A stretch of DNA of 64,000 bases from Minisyncoccota bacterium (GTDB lineage: Bacteria > Patescibacteriota > Minisyncoccia > Phycocordibacterales > JAACPR01), in assembly GCA_041674225.1 (NCBI GenBank), contig JBAYWG010000003.1, positions 2,582 to 66,581 on the forward strand. The letters run 5' to 3'. This document shows positions 29,364-37,022 of this stretch, one piece after another. Position 1 is the first letter of the stretch; every line of letters begins with the position of its first letter. A program made the translations under genes and the position numbers. The notes beneath the pieces were generated by a model that saw only the letters and a program-made list of their open reading frames with translations, searched no databases and had not been told where the DNA came from.

Positions 29364-30548
29364 TTACTTTCGAGAACGACTAATCCAAATTACCAATACA
29401 GTAAATGCAATTAGAAACGAACCAAAACTAAACCAAGTCCAGTGGATTCCTAACCTAACAGCCAAGAAGCCACTCACCAACAAACCAACTGCCCCACCGA
29501 AGTGATGAAACATTGAATCAAAGGATTCGATCGTCGCTCTTTCTTTCGAAGGAATCTGATCGTGTAAATATGCATCCTTCAAAGGATTAAACATCCCACG
29601 AAAGACTTCGTGTGCAAAGAACATTACAAGTGAAGCTGGAAATCCGATTAAAGATGTCACAACCACCATGAGCCCTATTCCAATTTGGGAAAAACTCAAC
29701 GCGAGTTTTTCATTTGGAATAAATTTAAGAAGTCTCGGTACAAAAAATGCACCAAGCATCAAACTTAAAGGTATTCCAACAAAAACAAAACCAAGTTCTG
29801 TTCTTCCACTAAGATTCTCTGCAAAAAATGGTTGCCAATACATGTTCAATGGTTGTACTGAAAATACCATTACCATCACCACAAGCAGTACGAACCGTAC
29901 ATTTTTATTTTTAACACCATAATTAATACTAGACTTAACTGTATTTTTCATGGCGTCAAAACCATCTCTGAATGAAAATTTTTGTGGAACAAAATAATCC
30001 TCTTTGAGAAATATTGCTACTACAAAAGAAATTCCAAACGTGATAATTGAACAAACGAAAGGCAGCTTTATCGAAATATCACTAATCCATGCTCCAAATA
30101 AACCAGCAGCAACAACTGCTAATTGACTAATCTGCGCAGACCTCGAAAAAATATTTCGAAGACTTTCGGTATATCCATGATGTTTCAATTTATCCACAAA
30201 CCAAGCTCGAAAAGCTCCACTCGCAAATGTACAACCCACCGCAATAACAAATTCTGCCGTGATAAATCCTGCAAAATTATTTGAGAAATAATAAACAAGA
30301 AAACCACAAAGCATAATAAGTCGTGACATCAAATAAGATTTCTTTCTACCGAACACATCAGCAAAAGCCCCTGTTGGAATCTCTGCGATAAACAAAGTTA
30401 GAAAGAATACAAAATTTACCAGGTTAACCTGAAAAAGATTGAGTCCATTTGATATAAGAAACATTGCATATGTTGAAGCAATGAACCCCATAGATGCACT
30501 GTTTAGAAATACCAATAAATAGTATTCCTTAATCGTTTTATTGATCAT
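29364..30548 (-). CDS. MFS transporter
   Basis: About 12 TM; EIPTGAFADVFGRKKS motif A; IPSKERAT. Confidence 0.92.
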   Translation of the reverse strand: MINKTIKEYYLLVFLNSASMGFIASTYAMFLISNGLNLFQVNLVNFVFFLTLFIAEIPTGAFADVFGRKKSYLMSRLIMLCGFLVYYFSNNFAGFITAEFVIAVGCTFASGAFRAWFVDKLKHHGYTESLRNIFSRSAQISQLAVVAAGLFGAWISDISIKLPFVCSIITFGISFVVAIFLKEDYFVPQKFSFRDGFDAMKNTVKSSINYGVKNKNVRFVLLVVMVMVFSVQPLNMYWQPFFAENLSGRTELGFVFVGIPLSLMLGAFFVPRLLKFIPNEKLALSFSQIGIGLMVVVTSLIGFPASLVMFFAHEVFRGMFNPLKDAYLHDQIPSKERATIESFDSMFHHFGGAVGLLVSGFLAVRLGIHWTWFSFGSFLIAFTVLVIWISRSRK

Positions 30549-30589
30549 TTTTTAGTTTTTGTTTGTTTTTTAAAGAACTGAATACTAAA

Positions 30590-30730
30590 TGAAAACCCGA
30601 CTTTCATTCAGCCGGGACAATTTCAGAACAATTAGGAGGGCTTTTAAGCAATCAAATTGTCTCGGCTAAATAAAACATTTACAGGGTAAATACCCGCGAA
30701 AACGTTAAGAATGTGGGTATTTACCCAGGA
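30590..30730 (-). promoter_or_regulatory. transcription attenuator upstream of the MFS gene
   Basis: Terminator CCCGGCT-GAATGAA-AGTCGGG-TTTT; antiterminator TTTAGCCGAGACAATTT/AAATTGTCCCGGCTGAA; upstream hairpin GGGTAAATACCCAC/GCGGGTATTTACCC. Confidence 0.75.
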
Positions 30731-30769
30731 ATTCATTGATTTATTTGGCTTTTGACAACTTTTTGTCAT
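30644..30769 (-). CDS. 41-aa leader peptide
   Basis: MTKSCQKPNKSMNSWVNTHILNVFAGIYPVNVLFSRDNLIA; ATG 6 nt after TTGACT-17-TAATTT. Confidence 0.6.
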   Translation of the reverse strand: MTKSCQKPNKSMNSWVNTHILNVFAGIYPVNVLFSRDNLIA

Positions 30770-30852
30770 GTTCAAAAATTACCATTTAAAGCATTTTTAG
30801 TCAATATGAAATAATTGACAGATAAACAAAAACCTGATATATTAATGAGGTT

Positions 30853-32211
30853 ATGTCAGATACAACATCAAAAAGTTTTATAGGAAAAATATTATTCGTT
30901 TTGGGAGTTATTATAATTCTAATTATTCTTGCTTCCCTAATTATCAAATTTGTACCAAGAATCTTCAGTGGTTTAGCCAATGTTGGTTCTTCAATCCAAA
31001 ACGTAGTCAGCAAAGATGAGATTTCAGTTACAGCAAGTGACGTTAGTCTAACTAACGGAGAAAGATTTGTTGTGAGCTGGGATTCTAATATAGATGAAGC
31101 TGGTGCTTATAGCATTAGTTACTCATGTGTTGATAATGTGGAGGTTGATATCGAAACAGCTAGCGGCGTACGTCGTCTAATTTGTGATAATCCATTTACA
31201 CTAGGAGCAAATCCTGGATCTGTAACTCTTGTATCTACTCTAAATAAAGCAAATGCTTTTGTTGATGTGCCAATTAATGTAAGTTTCTCTCAAGGAAACA
31301 CAGCTCCCCTAGCTTCAAACAGCGTAGTGGTGACAATCCAAAATGGAGACATCAATGCTGGAACTTTTGGTGAAAACGGAACTACAATTTCAGCAGAACC
31401 TGTTGAACAAATCGAAACACCAAGACCAACAACTACAACGTCTCAACCGAGATCAGTAGTTTACACTCCAGTTGTAACAGGACCAGCTGATTTATCTATC
31501 TCAAGTATTGCTCCAATTGGAAACAATAGAATTGCTTTTACTGTTTCAAACAACGGAGGAAGAAGTACTGGTAACTGGACTTTCAATTACAACACTCCAA
31601 CTAGCCCAAAGGAAACACTGTCTTCTCCACTACAACCATCTCTTGGACCAAATCAATCTATTTTGTACACACTAACATTTAATGCAAAAGCTAGCGGAAA
31701 CCAAAACGTAGTAGTACAACTTGATCCAACAAATATAATTTCAGAAGCTTCTGAAACAAATAACATCGGAACAATCACTCTTACAGGTGCTGCTTATGGT
31801 GGAGGTTCTTCAAATAATTCAGACAACTCATACAACTCTAGAGATGATGCAGACTTTGTAATAAGTAATCTAGAAGTAGGACGACTTTCTGGAAACAACT
31901 TTATCGAAGATGATGAAGCTGAAGACGGTGATGACGTTGCTATACGATTTATCGTTAAAAACAAAGGTGGAGATGAAACCGAAGACTGGAGATTTGAAGT
32001 TAGAAATCTACCTTACGACAATGGAAACACTTTCCGATCAAAAGAATATAATTCTCTAGAACCTGGTGAATCAATTGAAATCACTGTTGAATTTGAAAAT
32101 ATTGACGAAGGTGATTATGACATTCGAGTTGAAGTAGACTCTGATGACGACACTGACGAAGAAAGCGAATCAAACAACGATGACTCTGTGGATTTAGAAG
32201 TTGAAAGATAA
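30853..32211 (+). CDS. membrane-anchored CARDB-domain surface protein
   Basis: N-terminal TM; ADLSI...VSNNGG...LDPTNIISEASETNN and ADFVI...VKNKG...VDSDDDTDEESESNN are two CARDB-like domains. Confidence 0.8.
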   Translation: MSDTTSKSFIGKILFVLGVIIILIILASLIIKFVPRIFSGLANVGSSIQNVVSKDEISVTASDVSLTNGERFVVSWDSNIDEAGAYSISYSCVDNVEVDIETASGVRRLICDNPFTLGANPGSVTLVSTLNKANAFVDVPINVSFSQGNTAPLASNSVVVTIQNGDINAGTFGENGTTISAEPVEQIETPRPTTTTSQPRSVVYTPVVTGPADLSISSIAPIGNNRIAFTVSNNGGRSTGNWTFNYNTPTSPKETLSSPLQPSLGPNQSILYTLTFNAKASGNQNVVVQLDPTNIISEASETNNIGTITLTGAAYGGGSSNNSDNSYNSRDDADFVISNLEVGRLSGNNFIEDDEAEDGDDVAIRFIVKNKGGDETEDWRFEVRNLPYDNGNTFRSKEYNSLEPGESIEITVEFENIDEGDYDIRVEVDSDDDTDEESESNNDDSVDLEVER

Positions 32212-32235
32212 TTTATCTGGTAAAGTATATATAGA

Positions 32236-32291
32236 AAAAACGCCCGATTGGGATTTGTATCTGCTGATACAAATCCCAATCGGGCGTTTTT
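32236..32291. terminator. 26-bp perfect inverted repeat, bidirectional terminator
   Basis: AAAAACGCCCGATTGGGATTTGTATC-tgct-GATACAAATCCCAATCGGGCGTTTTT between convergent genes. Confidence 0.85.
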
Positions 32292-32299
32292 GTTTTTCT

Positions 32300-34345
32300 C
32301 TATAAGTCGATCTCCGCTTCTTTCGCGTTTGTAGTAATAAAAGATTTTCGAGCTGGCACATCTGTTCCCATCAACATATCAAACACAGCATCGGCTTCTT
32401 GTGCATCATTAATTGAAACTTGTTTCAAAATACGATTTGTTTTATCCATCGTAGTTTCTTTCAACTCGTCGGCGTTCATTTCTCCAAGTCCTTTATATCG
32501 TTGTACTCGCATTTTTGGAGTTCGTTTTGCCTTTCCTTCTGCCTCTTCTTCTACGACTTCTCCATCTTCATTTAATTCTTCTTCTTGTGGCATATCCTCA
32601 TCACCTAAGTGAGCAATTTTTTCTTCTTCAGAATACAAATAAATAACTTCTTTTCCTCTTGTGATTTTATAAAGTGGAGATTGAGCAATATACAAATATC
32701 CTCCTTCGATAATCGGTTTGAAATATCTATAGAATAAAGTCAAAAGCAAAGTAGCGATGTGAGCACCATCGACGTCGGCATCGGTAGCGATAATAATTTT
32801 GTGATATCGAAGTTTTGAAATATCAAAAGTATCTCCAATTGCAGTTCCTAGAGCCACAACTAGATTTTTAATTTGTTCTGAACCAAGCATTCGATCTAGT
32901 CGAGCTCTTTCCACATTCAAGATTTTTCCTCTCAATGGCAACACAGCTTGTGTTCGACGATCTCGTCCAACTTTTGCAGTACCACCCGCAGAATCTCCCT
33001 CTACAATAAACAACTCACCTTCTTCTGCACTTCTAGTCTGACAGTCAGCCAATTTTCCGGGCAGTGTCATTCCTTCCAAAGCACCTTTTCTCAAAATAGA
33101 ATCCTTCGCAGCTTTTGCAGCTTTTCGAGCTTTCACAGCAAGAATCGCCTTTTGAATCATTGCTTTTGCATCATCTGGGTTTTCTTCAAGGAAATATGTA
33201 AAAGCTTCACCAAAGGCGCTTTCTACAGCTCCACGAGCCTCCACAGAGCCCAATTTTGCTTTAGTTTGACCTTCGAATTGAATCTCTGGCATTTTCACAG
33301 AAATCACAGCAGTTAGACCTTCAAGCACATCTTCTCCTGTAAAACTTTCTTGATCTTTTGAATTTGTCTTTTGCTTCTTTAAATAATTATTCAAACTTCT
33401 TGTAAGAGCAGTTTTGAAACCTGTCACGTGTGTTCCTCCTTCTGGGTTGCTGATAGTGTTTGCAAAAGCATTTATTCTAGAAGAAATATCATCTACATAT
33501 TGCAAAGCTACTTCAACATTCACATCACCAACATCTTGTTTGATATGAAAAATATTTTTATGAACTGGAGACTGACTTTTGTTTTGGTATGCAACAAGTG
33601 AACGAAGACCTCCTTCGAAATAAAAACTTTTTGAAGGTGATTCAATTTCAGTATCAGATAAATATTGAACTCCTTCTGGAACATCTTTTATTGAAATACT
33701 TCTCGCATCCACTACAGAAATTTTTAAACCATTCACAAGATACGCTTGTTGTCGCATGTGGTTTACAGTTCTTTTGTAATCAAAAATAACTGTTTCAAAA
33801 ATTGTTGGATCTGGTTGGAAAGTTATAATTGTTCCATTGTATTTTGTTGAACCAACTTTTTTAACAGATGCTTTTGGTTTTCCAATATTATATTCTTGAA
33901 CATATCTTGAACCTTCTTTGTGAACCTCAGCTCGTGTATAAACAGAAAGAGCGTTCACAACAGAAGCTCCCACTCCGTGCAAACCTCCTGATACTTTGTA
34001 TCCTGATTCGTCTCCACCGAATTTTCCTCCGGCATGTAGAGTTGTCATAATTGTTTCAAGCGCAGAAACTTTTGTAGTTTTGTGAACGTCAACTGGAATA
34101 CCTCGTCCGTTATCTGCTACACGAATTATATTGTCTGCAAGAAATGCAACTTCAATATTGTTTGCATGACCTGCCATCGCTTCGTCACGAGAGTTGTCGA
34201 AGATTTCAGTAATCAAATGGTTTAGACCATCTGGACCTGTTGTACCGATATACATTCCCGGTCGTTTTCGTACAGGTTCTAGACCTTCAAGAATTTGAAT
34301 TTGATCCGCACCGTAACTGCTTTTAGATGGTTTTTTATCTGCCAT
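32300..34345 (-). CDS. gyrB: DNA gyrase subunit B
   Basis: VRKRPGMYIG, LHAGGKF, SGGLHGVG, VEGDSAGG, PLRGKILN, TDADVDG, QRYKGLGEM. Confidence 0.95.
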   Translation of the reverse strand: MADKKPSKSSYGADQIQILEGLEPVRKRPGMYIGTTGPDGLNHLITEIFDNSRDEAMAGHANNIEVAFLADNIIRVADNGRGIPVDVHKTTKVSALETIMTTLHAGGKFGGDESGYKVSGGLHGVGASVVNALSVYTRAEVHKEGSRYVQEYNIGKPKASVKKVGSTKYNGTIITFQPDPTIFETVIFDYKRTVNHMRQQAYLVNGLKISVVDARSISIKDVPEGVQYLSDTEIESPSKSFYFEGGLRSLVAYQNKSQSPVHKNIFHIKQDVGDVNVEVALQYVDDISSRINAFANTISNPEGGTHVTGFKTALTRSLNNYLKKQKTNSKDQESFTGEDVLEGLTAVISVKMPEIQFEGQTKAKLGSVEARGAVESAFGEAFTYFLEENPDDAKAMIQKAILAVKARKAAKAAKDSILRKGALEGMTLPGKLADCQTRSAEEGELFIVEGDSAGGTAKVGRDRRTQAVLPLRGKILNVERARLDRMLGSEQIKNLVVALGTAIGDTFDISKLRYHKIIIATDADVDGAHIATLLLTLFYRYFKPIIEGGYLYIAQSPLYKITRGKEVIYLYSEEEKIAHLGDEDMPQEEELNEDGEVVEEEAEGKAKRTPKMRVQRYKGLGEMNADELKETTMDKTNRILKQVSINDAQEADAVFDMLMGTDVPARKSFITTNAKEAEIDL

Positions 34346-34504
34346 AAATGTCCGTTAATTTTACCAAACTACACCTTATTTACAAGGTATTTTTGTGGTG
34401 TAAAAACATTAATTTTAGTAAAATTTAGTTTGACAAAAGTTAAATATAATACATAATATAAATGTAAGATCTTAAACAATATACCAACGAAAGGAACACT
34501 TCAA

Positions 34505-34957
34505 ATGAGCAAGGATGGGATAGTGCCCGAAATTAAAGAAAAGATGATTCATAAAGTTGTCAGAGTAGATCGCACCCGAACTCCTCAAGAAACCTTGAAA
34601 GCCACTGGTCGAAGCTTATATGCTGACAACGAATCAATTATCAACACCATGCCCCGAGGCGAAAGCGATGAGGTGGAGGTGATCTTCTTTCAGGTCGGTC
34701 GTGTACTGACACATGAAGACCTAGCTCAGGAGTTCAACCTACGAGGTCTCAAACCCGCTGATTCTTACTCTCAAGCCAAAGCAAATGAAGATGATCCCAT
34801 ATTCGCCGAAGAACATCCCAATGGAACTCACTGGGAACACAATGGGAAATGGTGTTTCTCAACATTCGACGTTTGGGATGGTGAACAGGTCGTGGATGTT
34901 TCTTGCAGTGGCAGAGGGTGGCTTGAAAGCTGGTGGTTTGCCGGTATTCGCAAGTAA
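34505..34957 (+). CDS. hypothetical protein with a CLec-fold/DGR-target-like C-terminus
   Basis: Own TTGACA promoter, AAGGA SD and terminator; ends KWCFSTFDVWDGEQVVDVSCSGRGWLESWWFAGIRK. Confidence 0.6.
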   Translation: MSKDGIVPEIKEKMIHKVVRVDRTRTPQETLKATGRSLYADNESIINTMPRGESDEVEVIFFQVGRVLTHEDLAQEFNLRGLKPADSYSQAKANEDDPIFAEEHPNGTHWEHNGKWCFSTFDVWDGEQVVDVSCSGRGWLESWWFAGIRK

Positions 34958-34993
34958 GAAATACTTTGAGCTCAGTCCATAAAAATTTCAACC

Positions 34994-35040
34994 TCCTGTA
35001 TCAGACTACTTCGGTAGTACTGGTACAGGATTTTTCTTTT
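34994..35040 (+). terminator. intrinsic terminator
   Basis: tcctgtatcagactac-ttcg-gtagtactggtacagga then tttttctttt. Confidence 0.8.
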
Positions 35041-35093
35041 TAAATTTATATACTACCCCTCTAAAATAAAAATCTAGCCCGAAAGCTAGAGTA

Positions 35094-35606
35094 TCAGCCC
35101 GCTGGCTGAAAGAAAGCAAAAGCAGTTTCTGATGTCAGAACATACTGCTTTTGATCGATGTAAGCTTTCAGATTCAACTGCTTGGCTTGTTTTTTCATGC
35201 CAAGATGAATCTTCTGACCCTCCGAATCCAAAACCGGTTCGTGCATCATAATAATCCGTCGAAACTTCATATTTTCAATGCCAAGACTTTGCATCTCCAA
35301 ACTCAAGAGAAGAGCTACCTCAGGAGAAGTCTTGTGACTCGAAAATCCCAAAGCACTCGTCTCCTCAGAAATCTGCTTATACGTCGTCTTCACCGGATCG
35401 AATTCACTTCTGGAAATCAAGACAATGTTTCCTTTAGGAACTCCCACACCGGAGAAATCCAATTTTTGAATGATGTCTTTTGCATCACTAAAGACATTGA
35501 TACCAACAGGATTGAAACCGCGATTCCAATTATCCAAAGTACACAGCCAGTCTTCGCCAACCATGCCGGCCGCACCGCAAGTATAAATAGTATTAAGATC
35601 TTTCAT
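35094..35606 (-). CDS. hypothetical protein, possible remote CLec-like family member
   Basis: TTYKQISEETSALG...SPEVALLL...IMMHEPVLDSEG pattern; small hairpin tctagc-ccgaaa-gctaga downstream. Confidence 0.55.
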   Translation of the reverse strand: MKDLNTIYTCGAAGMVGEDWLCTLDNWNRGFNPVGINVFSDAKDIIQKLDFSGVGVPKGNIVLISRSEFDPVKTTYKQISEETSALGFSSHKTSPEVALLLSLEMQSLGIENMKFRRIIMMHEPVLDSEGQKIHLGMKKQAKQLNLKAYIDQKQYVLTSETAFAFFQPAG

Positions 35607-35777
35607 TTAAACCTAATACAACCAAAATTGCGGTTTTCTGTATACTTGACTATACTGCTTAAATATGTTAAAATACAAGAGTAAAATAAGTTCTTTGAAA
35701 CGTAGTTGAGTTTGGAAGAAAGGTCGCAACATTCCGTTGTTATCTTTCAAATCAAACTTAAACTACAAAATACCACT

Positions 35778-36188
35778 ATGAAAACCACACTATCCAGCAT
35801 TTCATTCTATCCTGTCAAAGGCCTCACACTCAAAAACGACCTCGTTACGAAGGTTTTAGGTTCAGCAGACTGGAGATTTCAGAATGAGGGCTCATTTTGG
35901 AAGGGGGAATTCTACGTCCCTGGATATCCTCTCTTGATACCCAACAATGATATCGAGATCGAAGTCTTGGACAACGAAGTGTTTGTTATCCGTGATTCCA
36001 CGGGGAAAGTCACACTGAGAGGAGTCCTCTCCCATGTCGACAAACCAGAAATGGGCACAGCTTACATGTTCCAGAGTGCACAAGCTGTCGTATTTTGGCC
36101 CAACGAACAGAACCCCATTGGGGAAGGAGTCCAGAGTGATCACTCCCTCACAGGTTGCGTCACAGTGGTCTGGAAATTCAAAGAATAG
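35778..36188 (+). CDS. hypothetical protein
   Basis: TTGACT-17-TAAAAT promoter at 35647, boxA-like GTTCTTTGAAA, terminator at about 36247-36291; ATG 35778 preferred over TTG 35706. Confidence 0.6.
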   Translation: MKTTLSSISFYPVKGLTLKNDLVTKVLGSADWRFQNEGSFWKGEFYVPGYPLLIPNNDIEIEVLDNEVFVIRDSTGKVTLRGVLSHVDKPEMGTAYMFQSAQAVVFWPNEQNPIGEGVQSDHSLTGCVTVVWKFKE

Positions 36189-36245
36189 TGGTAAACCCAC
36201 TCGGTGAAGTAACCGCAGAGTTCAAACCTCTTAAAACTTCAAACC

Positions 36246-36292
36246 TCCCGTACCAGCAATACTATGTAATGCTGTGCGGGATTTTTCTTTTT
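36246..36292 (+). terminator. intrinsic terminator
   Basis: tcccgtaccagca...tgctgtgcggga then tttttctttt. Confidence 0.75.
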
Positions 36293-36361
36293 AGCTGCAT
36301 AAATTAATTAATATTACTTGTGAGTACATTGCGGAGCCGTCCCAAACGGCGAGCGAAACGA

Positions 36362-36399
36362 AAAACAAAAAGGAGACATTTATGTCTCCTTTTTGTTTT
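36362..36399. terminator. terminator of the pheS-pheT-C39 operon
   Basis: aaaacaaaaaggagacat-tt-atgtctcctttttgtttt. Confidence 0.75.
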
Positions 36400-36431
36400 A
36401 TCGTGGGTACGAATAAGTAATATTAATTTAT

Positions 36432-37022
36432 TTACGCAACAAAAATACACAACCTCCTCCAAAACTCCTCAAACTTCCCCCTCTCCACAAACAAATTTTT
36501 CTTTATCCCCTTCTTTGTATCCGGATCGTTATACATAAACCCAGCAATATCCCCATCGTCATCTTTTTCAAAACCTGTAATCACAATCAAATGCGAAGAT
36601 TTATTTTGATCAAATCCCGCAGACACAGACACAACAACAGGTCTTCCTGCTTTCAACATTTGTGCAATTTTTTTAATCCCAGCTTTCGCCATCTTTGCAT
36701 CATAAATACTCGGCGTTCCAGAATTTTTTCCAAGACTCACCAACTGACTTTTAAATTCTTCTCTGTATGCAAAAATTCCACGGTTTCTAAAAATACGCAC
36801 AAGCGCTTCATGATCCCAACCATTTTCACCATACCCTCCGATTTTTACACCTTCATCAATTAACGCATCGATACTTTCATCATTGTCAGGATAAAAATAT
36901 TTGATAATCATCTTTGCACAAGTCACTCCGCAAGCACGAGAATGCCACTTCGGTTCTAACACATTTTGATATTGAGAATAATAAGGCACATCCAAAAAAT
37001 ACATGAGCTTATTATACGACAA
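36432..37022 (-). CDS. peptidase C39-like protein
   Basis: LDVPYYSQ, ACGVTCAKM (Cys), SHLIVITG (His), YNDP (Asp). Confidence 0.85.
   Translation of the reverse strand: MSYNKLMYFLDVPYYSQYQNVLEPKWHSRACGVTCAKMIIKYFYPDNDESIDALIDEGVKIGGYGENGWDHEALVRIFRNRGIFAYREEFKSQLVSLGKNSGTPSIYDAKMAKAGIKKIAQMLKAGRPVVVSVSAGFDQNKSSHLIVITGFEKDDDGDIAGFMYNDPDTKKGIKKNLFVERGKFEEFWRRLCIFVA

Noticed and set aside
35151-35684. 177-aa plus-strand ORF
   Set aside because: Shadow of 35094..35606, which has promoter and terminator support.
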